The translations under genes and the position numbers were made by a program. From an uncultured Gammaproteobacteria bacterium (GTDB lineage Bacteria > Patescibacteriota > Microgenomatia > UBA10105 > UBA927): DNA of 64,000 bases. The stretch is taken from assembly GCA_964515005.1 (NCBI GenBank), contig CAZEVT010000001.1, positions 229,616 through 293,615 on the forward strand. Reading direction: 5' to 3'. Every line of letters starts with the position of its first letter. The first letter of the stretch is position 1. Below, one piece after another: positions 1 to 10,199 of the stretch. Below the pieces are notes generated by a model. The model had not been told where the DNA came from and did not search any database. It worked only from the letters and a program-made list of their open reading frames with translations.

Positions 1-20
1 TTATACTTGCCTTTTGGCTT

Positions 21-995
21 TTGGCCGGACGAAAGAAATTTTCAGTTTCTTGGATTCCGGTCATTGCGATTGCCGGATTTATCGGGCTAAATATTTTTTT
101 TGCCGTCAGCCCCATGGTCGCCGCATACAAGTGGCTCAAGGTCCTAGAGTTCGGGCTTCTTGGGTTGTACATTGTTCAAACCAGGCCGCATATGTCTCGG
201 GTGGTATTTTTTTTGAGTATCGGTGGCCTATATTCTTCGCTTCTTGCCATTCTCCAGTTTTTGCTTCAGCGAGCGCTCGGCGGACCGCTATGGCTGTTGG
301 GCGAGCGGGCATTTAGTGCTTCGACCCCGGGAATAGCGCAGGTTAATTTTACCCGACTGCTCCTGCGCTCGTATGCTACCTTCCCCCATCCGAATGTTCT
401 TGGGGGATTTTTGGCAATACTGCTCCCACTCATGATACGCGAGGCAAAAAATCGAAAAGTATATTATGTGACGACGATCGTTTTGGGAATGATTGCGCTT
501 GTTGTAACATTCAGCCGCAGCGCGTGGATCGTAGGCGCCGCAGGGATTGCGTATGCACTGGGCAAGAAAAACAAGAAGCTCTTTATTCCGCTTGCTATTC
601 TTACGTTTCTTATACTGTTTTTTGTCGGCACCACAGTGGGTCTGCAGGAAGAAGCCGTCGTTATCCGCGAAGAGTTAAACCGTTCAGCAATAACTATGTT
701 TTATGAGTCCCCCCTCATTGGAAAGGGGCTCGGTAATTTTCTCGTGCATTTGCCGCAGACGCTGGTATCCAGAGAAATTTATTTTCTACAGCCCGTACAC
801 AACATGTTCTTACTTGCATTATCCGAAACCGGCATCATTGGATTTAGTTTTTTTATTTGGATTATATGGCGTGCCCGGAAGAATTGGATCATAGCAGCGG
901 TTATTTTCTTAGGACTAGTTGATCATTATTTTCTTACCCTGCAACAGGGCCAACTTTTGCTGACTATTCTTCTTGCGTGTACAATGGCTCTATGA
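21..995 (+). CDS. O-antigen ligase (Wzy_C/WaaL-like) family membrane protein, 5' end probably outside window
   Basis: Polytopic membrane protein with R-SYATFPHPNVLGG, TFSRSAW, P-L-GKGLGNF and QPVHNMFL motifs typical of the family. Confidence 0.85.
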   Translation: MAGRKKFSVSWIPVIAIAGFIGLNIFFAVSPMVAAYKWLKVLEFGLLGLYIVQTRPHMSRVVFFLSIGGLYSSLLAILQFLLQRALGGPLWLLGERAFSASTPGIAQVNFTRLLLRSYATFPHPNVLGGFLAILLPLMIREAKNRKVYYVTTIVLGMIALVVTFSRSAWIVGAAGIAYALGKKNKKLFIPLAILTFLILFFVGTTVGLQEEAVVIREELNRSAITMFYESPLIGKGLGNFLVHLPQTLVSREIYFLQPVHNMFLLALSETGIIGFSFFIWIIWRARKNWIIAAVIFLGLVDHYFLTLQQGQLLLTILLACTMAL

Positions 996-2215
996 ACTCC
1001 GTTGTTGCAAAAAATACGCTGAGTCAACTCATTGGCCGCGGAGTAAGTGCAATTGCGATGTTCGTTGTCACCCTCATCGTCGCCCGGCAGTTTGGCGCTG
1101 CGGGTTACGGAGACTTTGTGAAGGTGACGACCTACGTCGCCTTTTTTTATTTGATCGCTGACTTTGGCATCAATGCGATTTTTCTTCAGCAAAAATCGCC
1201 GCGTGCCTTTCCCGCGCTTCTTTTCTTGCGCTTAGTCGGCGGCGCGGGGCTTGTCGCGCTTGCACTTTTTCTCGCCTCAATTCTTCCGGGGACTGCAGAC
1301 AACGGATACACGCCGGTCGTTCGCTTAGGGATTCTCATCCTGTCCCCGACTATCCTGCTGCAAGGATTGATCACTACCGCCAACGCGGTTTTTCAAAAAC
1401 ATCTTCGTTATGACTTGGCGGCGTGGGCAATTTTTTTTGGGTCTGTCGCGACCGTTGCGGCGACGTGGAATTTTGTTGCCCTTCGCCCGTCATCCAATTT
1501 CCTGCCGGTTGTGGGATCCCTGGGTCTTGGGGCGCTCGTGAGCGCGGTTGTTTCTTTGTTTTTTGCGCGACGTCTCCAGGGGCCGACCCATTTTGCCGTA
1601 CGCATGCCGGATGTGACGCGGCTCCTTATGCCCTCGATTCCATTGGGGATTACCCTCCTTTTTAATCTTGTCTATTTTCGGGCAGACAGTTTTATCATCA
1701 CCGTAACGAGACCCACCGCCGAAGTCGGCATCTACGGACTCGCGTATAAAGTGTTTGAACTCATCCTGGTGTTCCCTACCTTTTTTATGAACGCAGTGTA
1801 CCCCGTGCTTCTCAAACAGAAGACCGTTCAATTTACGCGAGTCGTTGCAAAGTCGCTCGTGTTTCTTCTGGTAAGCTCGATATTGGCAACCGGCGTTTTA
1901 TGGACGGCGGCTCCTCTGCTTACCATTATTCAGCCCGATTTTGCCCCAAGCATTTCGGCGCTGCGGACGCTGGCCCTCGGGCTTCCTTTTTTCTTTCTGT
2001 CCGCTGCGCTCATGTGGGGGCTGATTGCGATGAAAAAACAACTGGTGCTTGCAACTATCTACGGCGCCTCTATGATAGTAAACGTGCTGGGGAACATGCT
2101 GCTGGTTCCGCGGAACGGATTTATTGCTGCGGCCTGGATGACGGTTGCCTCCGAAGCGCTGGTGTTGGTCTTGTCAGGAATCGTTTTGGTGAGGGTTTTG
2201 CGAAGTCAGGAATAA
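992..2215 (+). CDS. Polysaccharide/oligosaccharide flippase (Wzx/MOP superfamily)
   Basis: About 12 TM segments; KNTLSQ..GR, ADFG and GIYGLAYK motifs; ATG at 992 overlaps the upstream stop (ATGA). Confidence 0.85.
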   Translation: MNSVVAKNTLSQLIGRGVSAIAMFVVTLIVARQFGAAGYGDFVKVTTYVAFFYLIADFGINAIFLQQKSPRAFPALLFLRLVGGAGLVALALFLASILPGTADNGYTPVVRLGILILSPTILLQGLITTANAVFQKHLRYDLAAWAIFFGSVATVAATWNFVALRPSSNFLPVVGSLGLGALVSAVVSLFFARRLQGPTHFAVRMPDVTRLLMPSIPLGITLLFNLVYFRADSFIITVTRPTAEVGIYGLAYKVFELILVFPTFFMNAVYPVLLKQKTVQFTRVVAKSLVFLLVSSILATGVLWTAAPLLTIIQPDFAPSISALRTLALGLPFFFLSAALMWGLIAMKKQLVLATIYGASMIVNVLGNMLLVPRNGFIAAAWMTVASEALVLVLSGIVLVRVLRSQE

Positions 2216-2218
2216 TCT

Positions 2219-2623
2219 ATGAAATTACTAGTCCACACCGATGGGGGAGCGAGGGGAAATCCCGGGCCGGCCGCAGTAGGCGTGGTCATTGAGGAAGAGG
2301 GAAAGACTATTTCCAAGTTTGGAAGGGCGATAGGGGAGGCAACCAACAATGTTGCAGAGTATATGGGAGTAATCGAGGCGCTCGAAAAAATCAAAGAGAT
2401 TCGGAGGGGCCCGGACGCCTATTTCTATCTGGACTCGGTTCTGGTCGTCAACCAGCTCAACGGATTGTTTAAAGTGAAAGACGCGCGTCTTCGGGATTTG
2501 TTGTCTCGGGTTCGGATATTGGAACAAGAGGTTGGAGGGTCGGTTCACTATGTTTCTATCCCCCGCGAGCAAAATAGACGCGCAGATTTTTTGGTGAACC
2601 AGGCCCTTGACCGCGGCATATAA
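2219..2623 (+). CDS. rnhA: Ribonuclease HI (archaeal/actinobacterial-like type)
   Basis: TDGGARGNPGPA, TNNVAEY, DS.LVVNQ and REQN..AD motifs. Confidence 0.92.
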   Translation: MKLLVHTDGGARGNPGPAAVGVVIEEEGKTISKFGRAIGEATNNVAEYMGVIEALEKIKEIRRGPDAYFYLDSVLVVNQLNGLFKVKDARLRDLLSRVRILEQEVGGSVHYVSIPREQNRRADFLVNQALDRGI

Positions 2624-2677
2624 TCGCCTCATGTCTGATTGATCTGGTTATCAGTGGATTAGACCGCTTTTTTCAGG

Positions 2678-5188
2678 TTGTTTTCGGCGCCCCTTTTTGC
2701 CATAATGCGAACGCATAGTTTGAGCCATATTATGAACGCCGCTGCCCCCCCACCACTGACAGACGAAAACGACTCTTTTCCGGTGGCACGTATTGATGCG
2801 CAGGACACCCCGTACGTATTACCGCTTCGGGAATTTTTGGAAACCAACGGGGTTCGGGTGTTTGTGAATGAAAACCCGAACAGAGATCCCTTGTATCACA
2901 TCGTGGTCGGAGAGGTTGATTTTGTGAAACATATCCTTTCACGACCGCGACAGTCGGAGGCAAAAAGGCTGGCAATTATAGTCGGACTTCCCACGGATGG
3001 CACCCTTGAAGAAGGCCTGCATGCAAAAATATATCTTGCGGATGCGGCGCCGATTTCCCCATCCGGTGCCTTTGACATATTTGAATTTTTCTTTACCGGG
3101 GAGAAGGCGGTACTTGACGGGCGAAAACAGACGTCAAAGACGACACGGGTTGCGCCTGAGATACCCGAGCCTCCCGACGAGGCGCGGGGAGACGATTCAG
3201 AGCGCATAGGCAACATTATTGCGGACGTGTTTGCAGCCGAGCCCAAGTCGCCTGCAAAAAAAGAGAAACCCCGACGCCGAAAAAAGCCGCACATGTTTTT
3301 CCGGGTGTTTGGTTTTGTGGCAACCATCGTGATTGTGTCAGTATTCTGGTATGGGGTGAGCCTCGGGGCCGGTACCGCGGCAATCGTGGCTGGAGCGCGG
3401 TCGCTTGAAAAAGGAGCGGAGGCGTCAGCGGGCTGGAAACTCTCGGCGGCAAGATACTGGACGAATCAGGCTCGATTCGTCCTTGGTGCCTGGTCTTTTC
3501 CCCTGACTTTTATTGGATTTGAGAAAAGCCTTCGGGGGCAAGAGCGGCTCATATCATTTCTCACGGATGCCGAGCGTGCAGTCTCGGAAATTCAGGCTGT
3601 GGCGGTAGCAGGGAAGCGTGTGGCTTCGGGACTATTAAATCAGGTGGATGTGACGAGTACCGGCACGACGCCCGCCTCAGACATCGGGGAACTTCGCACG
3701 TCTGTGATGAGTGCACAAAACACCTTGGGTTTGGCCCAGGCGCAGCTTGCGCTTCTTTTGGAAGAACGGACCTTTCCTTTTTCGCTCTCTCAGGTTGCCA
3801 ACCGAGGAACAGAGGCGGTACGCATGCTTTCGAGCCTCAGGATGCGTACCGCGGACATCGACCGCCTCCTGTCGCTTTTTTTACAACTGTCGGGATTTGG
3901 CAGCCCCAAAACCTACCTCATTCTTCTCCAAAACAGCATGGAGCTTCGGCCTACTGGTGGATTTATCGGTAGTGTTGCAATTGCGACGTTTGCAGACGGC
4001 CGTCTCACGAACCTGGACATTCAGGATGTCTACACGCTTGATGGCCAGCTGAAGGGCCACGTCGATCCACCCATACCCATTCGCGAGATTCTCGCTTCCG
4101 AACATTGGTATCTGCGGGATTCAAACTGGGATCCGAATTTTTTCGCCTCGGCCACGCGCGCCGCTTGGTTTTACCAGAAAGAAACCGGGTCCACGGTTGA
4201 CGGGGTATTTGCCGTCAACGTGCCGTTTGTGGCGCATCTGCTTGCGGCCACTGGGCCTGTTGATTTACCCGACTATGATGACCGGATTACGGCGGACAAT
4301 TTTTACGGAAAAGCCCTCTACTATACCCAGCAGGATTTTTTCCCAGGATCGACGCAGAAAAAAGATTTCCTCGGCAGCCTCGCCCGCGCGCTTATTGAAA
4401 AAACAACCACCGGCAAGGGGGTAAATTCTACGAGTCTTTTTGATGCAATCACCACGTCGCTTGCGGCGCACGACCTCCTTTTTATGCTTGAGAAGGATGA
4501 TCTTCAGGCGATGGTGGAACATTTTGGGTGGGCCGGGCGTGTGCCTTCAGTTTCCGGCTGTACAGGGAGCCCGGCGGGCTGTCGTTTTGATTCTCTGGCG
4601 ATTGTGGAAGCCAATCTGGGGGTCAACAAGGGAAGCTATTTCATCAAGCGATCTCTCGACCGGGACGTGACAGTAGACGCACAGGGGCTCATCCATGAGG
4701 CCGTTACCCTCAAGCTAACAAACACGAGCGGGGGAGACTCTTCGGTGCCGTACCGCGCGTATATTCGATTGGTGTTGCCGCAAGGCCATTCGATACGAGA
4801 GGTGAGCCTAAACGGATCCCCCTTAAAGTTCCGTGCGGTGGGGAAGGCCCCGAGCCTGCCATATATGGAGCGTAGTGACGCAGCGGCGCTGGGAATAGCG
4901 CTGGATATTGCTCCGGGAACAGAAAGCCGGCTTGTGGTTTCGTATGAGCTACAAGACCCGATCGTGTTTGGCCCGGCCGGCGCGGTATTGGAACTTTTTG
5001 ACCAAAAACAGCCGGGCGTAGACGGCGTGGCTGAACACGTGACTGTTTTGTATCCGTCGGATTGGACCGCAGGCGTGGAGGAAGGCGCGCTTGGGGCGGG
5101 CGAGGATTTTATTGCAAAAGAGGGAAAACTCGAGTACAATACGGTTCTTACCCGGGATGTGCTCACAAGAATTCGGCTGACTAGGTAG
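2678..5188 (+). CDS. DUF4012 domain-containing membrane-anchored protein (true start may be 2732)
   Basis: YLILLQNSMELRPTGGFIGS and LRDSNWDPNF motifs; one TM segment after an N-terminal cytoplasmic region. Confidence 0.8.
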   Translation: MFSAPLFAIMRTHSLSHIMNAAAPPPLTDENDSFPVARIDAQDTPYVLPLREFLETNGVRVFVNENPNRDPLYHIVVGEVDFVKHILSRPRQSEAKRLAIIVGLPTDGTLEEGLHAKIYLADAAPISPSGAFDIFEFFFTGEKAVLDGRKQTSKTTRVAPEIPEPPDEARGDDSERIGNIIADVFAAEPKSPAKKEKPRRRKKPHMFFRVFGFVATIVIVSVFWYGVSLGAGTAAIVAGARSLEKGAEASAGWKLSAARYWTNQARFVLGAWSFPLTFIGFEKSLRGQERLISFLTDAERAVSEIQAVAVAGKRVASGLLNQVDVTSTGTTPASDIGELRTSVMSAQNTLGLAQAQLALLLEERTFPFSLSQVANRGTEAVRMLSSLRMRTADIDRLLSLFLQLSGFGSPKTYLILLQNSMELRPTGGFIGSVAIATFADGRLTNLDIQDVYTLDGQLKGHVDPPIPIREILASEHWYLRDSNWDPNFFASATRAAWFYQKETGSTVDGVFAVNVPFVAHLLAATGPVDLPDYDDRITADNFYGKALYYTQQDFFPGSTQKKDFLGSLARALIEKTTTGKGVNSTSLFDAITTSLAAHDLLFMLEKDDLQAMVEHFGWAGRVPSVSGCTGSPAGCRFDSLAIVEANLGVNKGSYFIKRSLDRDVTVDAQGLIHEAVTLKLTNTSGGDSSVPYRAYIRLVLPQGHSIREVSLNGSPLKFRAVGKAPSLPYMERSDAAALGIALDIAPGTESRLVVSYELQDPIVFGPAGAVLELFDQKQPGVDGVAEHVTVLYPSDWTAGVEEGALGAGEDFIAKEGKLEYNTVLTRDVLTRIRLTR

Positions 5189-5197
5189 ACCCATTTT

Positions 5198-5911
5198 ATG
5201 AAAACACACGCGCTCGCGGCTCAAGTCCGCACCATGGTCGGCAGAAAAGTAAAAAACCTCAGGGCCCAGGGTCAGCTTCCCGGCACCGTCTACGGCAAAA
5301 AAGTCAAAAGCCTGTCCGTGACAGTAGCTCAAGACGCATTTGTAAAAGTCTACCGGGTAGCAGGGGAGACCGGAGTTGTCGAGTTGTCTGTGGATGGACA
5401 GGTTCGGCCTGTCCTTATCCACACCGTACAAAAAGATCCGGTCAAAGGGCAGATTCTTCACGTTGAATTTTATCAGGTAGACCTCAAGGAGAAGGTAACG
5501 ACCCGCGTACCGCTTGAATTTACGGGGGACGCGCCTGCGGTTGTCAATAAATTGGGCGTACTGTTGACGCTTCTTGACGAAGTGGAAGTGGAAGCGCTCC
5601 CGACGGATCTTCCGGAAAAGATTGCCGTTGATGTTTCTGGCCTTGCGGACGTTGATCAGGAAGTCAATGTATCAGGGCTTTCGGTGCCGTCTGGCGTCAC
5701 AATCCTCACCGATCCCGCGCAATCCGTTATTCGTGTGGGAGCGCTGGTGAGTAAACAAGCAGAAGCCCAGGCCGCAGAAGAGGCTGCAACCGCAGCAGCT
5801 GCCGCGGCAGAAGTGCCTCCCGAAGGCGCCCCAGCCAAGGAAGAAGGCGGGGAAGAAAAACCTGTGGAAGCGGCAGCTGTCAAAGCCGGAGAAGAGAAGA
5901 AAGTGGAGTAA
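5198..5911 (+). CDS. rplY: 50S ribosomal protein L25 / general stress protein Ctc
   Basis: LRAQGQLPGTVYG, ILHVEFY and EVEALPTDLPEKI motifs with an acidic Ala/Glu tail. Confidence 0.95.
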   Translation: MKTHALAAQVRTMVGRKVKNLRAQGQLPGTVYGKKVKSLSVTVAQDAFVKVYRVAGETGVVELSVDGQVRPVLIHTVQKDPVKGQILHVEFYQVDLKEKVTTRVPLEFTGDAPAVVNKLGVLLTLLDEVEVEALPTDLPEKIAVDVSGLADVDQEVNVSGLSVPSGVTILTDPAQSVIRVGALVSKQAEAQAAEEAATAAAAAAEVPPEGAPAKEEGGEEKPVEAAAVKAGEEKKVE

Positions 5912-5916
5912 TTCTT

Positions 5917-6456
5917 TTACTTAGTAGTCCTCGAAAGTATTTCCAGGATTTTCCCAATAGTTGGGTTATTCGGATCAATGGTTTGGGCCGCACGTACGTA
6001 CGATACTGCCTCATCTGTCTTCCCCAGCGTGTACAAAAGCGACGCCAGTTGGATATACCCGTCGCGGTAGTCCGGGTAGTTTTTGATAATTTGTTCCCAA
6101 TACTGACGGCGCTGTTCATCTTGGACTGGCGCATTCTGCCACATGGTAAAAAGATCATCCGGGGTCGTCGTAGTACCCAAAACTCTCGATTCAGGGATTT
6201 TTTGTGCATACAGCTCTTGGGAGATGGCAACCTCCTGCACTGCGGTTTGGCGGGCTCCCTGATTCCACAAGTCAACGGCAAGCGCCGCGTGTGGTTCCCA
6301 TGAGAACGGTTGGGAAAATATGGAAGAAAGCCTGCTCCCATAGGCCAGGGGGTAGTTTGCGATGGCAAACACGTTGACTGAAAGAAACGCCAAAAGCAGT
6401 ATCCAAAGGATAGCTGCGGAGAAAATTCGGGAAATGTGCGGTAATTTTAGCCTCAT
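5917..6456 (-). CDS. Membrane-anchored TPR-like protein
   Basis: N-terminal TM; C-terminal YPDYRDGYIQLA..Y.LG...A......A...DPNN TPR pattern. Confidence 0.65.
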   Translation of the reverse strand: MRLKLPHISRIFSAAILWILLLAFLSVNVFAIANYPLAYGSRLSSIFSQPFSWEPHAALAVDLWNQGARQTAVQEVAISQELYAQKIPESRVLGTTTTPDDLFTMWQNAPVQDEQRRQYWEQIIKNYPDYRDGYIQLASLLYTLGKTDEAVSYVRAAQTIDPNNPTIGKILEILSRTTK

Positions 6457-6501
6457 AGGTCAAATGTGGTACCATTGTAGGGATAGAAGGGGATCTTTGC
6501 A

Positions 6502-7206
6502 ATGGCTGACAACAAACGGGCCGCTATGGCGGTCCAAATTCTCAAAAAATCCTACCCCAATGCCAAAATAGTTCTTCAGTATGGATCGCCGTGGGAGCTT
6601 CTGGTTGCCGTTATTCTTTCTGCCCAGTGTACGGATGTGATGGTCAACAAGGTCACCGAGAAGCTATTCGCGAAGTATCGGACTCTTGAGGACTACGTAC
6701 GGGCCGACCTACATGAATTTGAAGCCGACATTAAATCCACAGGCTTTTATCGGGCCAAGGCCAAAAATATTCTTGCAGCCGCGCACCTTATCAAAGAAAA
6801 ATTCAAGCGCCGCGTGCCCAAAATCATGGAGGAGCTTCTCACCATCCCGGGCGTCGCCAGAAAAACCGCCAACGTGGTTTTAGGGAACGCATACGGGGTC
6901 GTGGAGGGTATTGCCGTTGACACCCATGTCTCGCGTCTGAGCCAGCGTCTTCGGCTGGTGGACCTTGGTAAAATCGGAGGGAAGAAGGAGTTTTCCTTTA
7001 CCAAGAATGGGCGCAGGGTCGTTGACTTCAAAAAAGACGCAGATCCGGTAAAAATCGAGCGGGAACTCATGGGCGTGATTCCCAAGAAAGACTGGTTTGC
7101 CACAACCTATATGCTTATCGATCACGGCCGGGCTGTCTGCAAATCCCAAAACCCCAACTGCGCCTCCTGCGTCCTCAACACGCTTTGCCCCGCCTCGCGG
7201 GTCTAG
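6502..7206 (+). CDS. nth: Endonuclease III (HhH-GPD, 4Fe-4S)
   Basis: LLVAVILSAQCTD, IPGVARKTANVV, VDTHV and C-x6-C-x2-C-x5-C cluster. Confidence 0.95.
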   Translation: MADNKRAAMAVQILKKSYPNAKIVLQYGSPWELLVAVILSAQCTDVMVNKVTEKLFAKYRTLEDYVRADLHEFEADIKSTGFYRAKAKNILAAAHLIKEKFKRRVPKIMEELLTIPGVARKTANVVLGNAYGVVEGIAVDTHVSRLSQRLRLVDLGKIGGKKEFSFTKNGRRVVDFKKDADPVKIERELMGVIPKKDWFATTYMLIDHGRAVCKSQNPNCASCVLNTLCPASRV

Positions 7207-7245
7207 CGTCTTGCGGGGCTCGTGGCACTGTGGTATCCTTTCCCC

Positions 7246-7890
7246 ATGGCACGAAAGAAATCTTCAATAAAATTACCGCCAGTAGGACTTGTGCCCCAAG
7301 CGCCCATGATGCCTAAGGCCCCCATGCCGATGAAGAAGCTTGCGCTTGTTGTCCTTATTCTTGGTCTTGTTGCCATATTTGTCAGCAATAAAGGACTCTT
7401 GGTGGCGGCAGTCGTCAACGGCAAGCCTATTTTCCGTTGGCAACTGAATAAGACCATGCTTTCCCGCTTCGGTAATCAGACGTTGGAAGGGATGATCAGT
7501 GAATCCCTCATCGCCGACGAAGCGAAAAAAACAGGGGTGATCGTCAGCCAGGCAGACGTTGACGCCAAGGTAAATGTCGTGGTTTCGAGCTTGGGAGGCT
7601 CGGTGAGTATTGACGAGCTTTTGAAGTATCAGGGGATGACCAAGGCTGAATTTGAAAATCAAATTCGGCTTCAGTTGACCGTCGAAAAGCTATTGGGCAA
7701 GGACGTGGTCATCACGGATAACGATGTAAAAAACTTTATTGCAACGAATGCGGCGAGCCTTACCGCCACCGATGAAGCCGGGCTCAAGACTGAAGCACGC
7801 GAGGCCATCATGTCCGCCCATATCAACGAGCGCCTGCAGTCGTGGTTTCTGGAAATCAAAGACAAGGCAAAGATTTTGCGATTCATCTAA
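7246..7890 (+). CDS. SurA N-terminal domain / PrsA-like chaperone
   Basis: TM anchor, AAVVNGKPI, LI.DEAKK.GV.VS..DVD pattern; adjacent to a cyclophilin. Confidence 0.7.
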   Translation: MARKKSSIKLPPVGLVPQAPMMPKAPMPMKKLALVVLILGLVAIFVSNKGLLVAAVVNGKPIFRWQLNKTMLSRFGNQTLEGMISESLIADEAKKTGVIVSQADVDAKVNVVVSSLGGSVSIDELLKYQGMTKAEFENQIRLQLTVEKLLGKDVVITDNDVKNFIATNAASLTATDEAGLKTEAREAIMSAHINERLQSWFLEIKDKAKILRFI

Positions 7891-7899
7891 TTTCTGCGC

Positions 7900-8580
7900 A
7901 TGAAGACGATCTACATTTTCGCTGTCGTTCTAGTTGTCGGGATTGTGGGTGGCCTATTTATTTGGAGTAAGAATAAAACCCAATCTACAGCAGGCATGCC
8001 GGTCCCAGAAACGACCGGCGTTGAGGAGAAAATAGTAGAATCTATGAAACCAAAACAATACAGTGCCCCGCCCCAAATGGCGATTGATCCGACGAAATCA
8101 TATACCGCGACCATTACGACCGACAAAGGCGTCATGAAGGTCAAACTCAACGCCCGCGAAACGCCCGTCACGGTCAACAACTTCGTATTTCTGTCCCGGG
8201 AAGAGTTTTACAACAACACGGTGTTTCACCGGATCATAAAGGGATTCATGGTCCAGGGGGGAGATCCGCTCGGAAATGGCACAGGAAGTCCGGGGTACAA
8301 ATTTGCAGACGAAAAAATTACAGGTACCTATACGCGCGGCACCATTGCCATGGCAAACAGCGGCCCCAACACCAACGGCAGCCAGTTTTTCATCATGCAC
8401 GCCGACTACGGCCTCCCGAAAAACTACGTCATTTTCGGCGCAATTGATCCCGGCGACGCCGCAAGCCTGGCAACTCTGGACGCCATTGCGGCAACTCCGG
8501 TTGTCTCAAGCGGAATGGGGGAGCAGTCAAAACCAATCACCCCGCCTGTAGTACAGTCAATTACGATAAACGAACTTTGA
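7900..8580 (+). CDS. Membrane-anchored cyclophilin-type peptidyl-prolyl isomerase
   Basis: FHRIIKGFMVQGGDP and AMANSGPNTNGSQFFI motifs. Confidence 0.95.
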   Translation: MKTIYIFAVVLVVGIVGGLFIWSKNKTQSTAGMPVPETTGVEEKIVESMKPKQYSAPPQMAIDPTKSYTATITTDKGVMKVKLNARETPVTVNNFVFLSREEFYNNTVFHRIIKGFMVQGGDPLGNGTGSPGYKFADEKITGTYTRGTIAMANSGPNTNGSQFFIMHADYGLPKNYVIFGAIDPGDAASLATLDAIAATPVVSSGMGEQSKPITPPVVQSITINEL

Positions 8581-9611
8581 TGAAAACATGGAAGAGGCTT
8601 CGAAAGAGCCCGCAGCTTTGGGAGCGGTATTTTATCCGCGAACAGGTCATCAAGAGGGTTCGAGCATTTTTTGACAAAGAAAAGTTCCACGAAATAGAAA
8701 CGCCTCTCCTCATTGCCCATCCGCCTGCAGAGTCCTATCTTGATGTATTTGAAACAACGCTTTTGAACCGCCTCCGGAAGCCCACGAAAGCGTATTTGTC
8801 TACCTCGCCCGAGGTACCTCTCAAAAAACTTATGGTCGCGGGTCTCGGGAACTGTTATTCCATCACAAAAAGTTTCCGCAATATGGAAACACAAAGTACG
8901 CTCCATAATCCGGAGTTTACGATTCTCGAGTGGTACCGGGTCGGCGCAGATTACATGCGTCTTATGGAAGACTGCGAAAATCTCGTTCGGGCAATCGTTG
9001 GCCACGATATACTCACGTATCAAAATCAAGTGATTGATCTCACAAGCCCCTGGAACCGGATCACCGTGGCTAGCGCTTTTAAAACATATGCAGACGTGAA
9101 TTTCGACGATTTTTTGGACGAAGAAGCAGCGCGCAAGATTGCCAAGGGTAAGGGGTATCAGGTAGAAAAGGGAAACACATGGGAAGAGTTGTATAACCAG
9201 ATATTCTTAAACGAAGTCGAGCCACACCTGGGGCAGGGGAAGCCGACGATTCTCTACGAGTTTCCATCAGTCATGGGTGCCCTTGCCAAGAAAAAAGAAA
9301 GCGACCCAAGATTTGCCGAGCGGTTTGAGTTTTATATCGCGGGACTCGAGTTGGGGGATGCGTACAGCGAGCTCACTGATCCGGTTGAACAGGAAAAGCG
9401 GTTTAAGAAAGAGCTTAGTGAGATTAAGCGGTTAGGAAAAACGAGCTACGACTACGACTTCGATTTTATCGAAGCGCTCAAGGTTGGTCTTCCGAAGTGT
9501 AGCGGCATCGCTGTGGGTGTTGACCGTCTTGTCATGCTGTTGGCCGATGTTGCCAACATTGCCGACACCCTCTTTTTCCCGGCGGGTGAGGAGTTTCCAT
9601 TGTCAGAATAA
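8577..9611 (+). CDS. epmA: EF-P lysine aminoacylase EpmA (GenX/PoxA)
   Basis: LysRS catalytic-domain-only paralog (YLSTSPE..LKKL, HNPEFTILEWY, AERFEFY..GLEL, GIAVGVDRL) directly upstream of efp. Confidence 0.92.
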   Translation: MMKTWKRLRKSPQLWERYFIREQVIKRVRAFFDKEKFHEIETPLLIAHPPAESYLDVFETTLLNRLRKPTKAYLSTSPEVPLKKLMVAGLGNCYSITKSFRNMETQSTLHNPEFTILEWYRVGADYMRLMEDCENLVRAIVGHDILTYQNQVIDLTSPWNRITVASAFKTYADVNFDDFLDEEAARKIAKGKGYQVEKGNTWEELYNQIFLNEVEPHLGQGKPTILYEFPSVMGALAKKKESDPRFAERFEFYIAGLELGDAYSELTDPVEQEKRFKKELSEIKRLGKTSYDYDFDFIEALKVGLPKCSGIAVGVDRLVMLLADVANIADTLFFPAGEEFPLSE

Positions 9612-9635
9612 GGAAACATAGCTATAATAAAAGCC

Positions 9636-10199
9636 ATGTCTACCATCTCAACCGCAGATTTTACCAAGGGCGGATTTATTGAGTTCAAAAGCGAACCGCA
9701 TCAGATTGTGGAATTTCAGCATGTGAATCCGGGGAAGGGGAGCGCGTTTGTCCGGACGCGCCTCAAGTCCCTTAAAACCGGTAAAGTGCAGGAGTTTACA
9801 TTCAAGTCAGGCGAAACCGTCACCGAAGTGCCGGTTGCGACCCGCGAAATGCAATATCTCTACAAAGAAGGTGACGCCTATGTGTTTATGGATAACACCT
9901 CGTATGAGCAGTTCAGCATTTCTGAGGGAATGCTGGGTCAGTACGTCCATTATCTTAAACCCAACGACACCTACCAGATATTAGTAAATGGAGACGCAGC
10001 CGTCGGCCTTCGGTTTCCCAAGAAAGTTTGCCTGAAGGTCACCGAGGCCACCGAAGGGGCAAAGGGTAACACCGTATCGGGAGCAACCAAAACCGTGATA
10101 GTGGAAACCGGCGCGGTTGTCACCGTTCCTTTATTTATCAAAGAAGGCGAGACTATCGCCATTGACCCGGAAACCGGAACGTATCTGGAGCGGGCATGA
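9636..10199 (+). CDS. efp: Elongation factor P
   Basis: HVNPGKGSAFVR loop with the Lys34 equivalent; VPLFIKEGE. Confidence 0.97.
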   Translation: MSTISTADFTKGGFIEFKSEPHQIVEFQHVNPGKGSAFVRTRLKSLKTGKVQEFTFKSGETVTEVPVATREMQYLYKEGDAYVFMDNTSYEQFSISEGMLGQYVHYLKPNDTYQILVNGDAAVGLRFPKKVCLKVTEATEGAKGNTVSGATKTVIVETGAVVTVPLFIKEGETIAIDPETGTYLERA

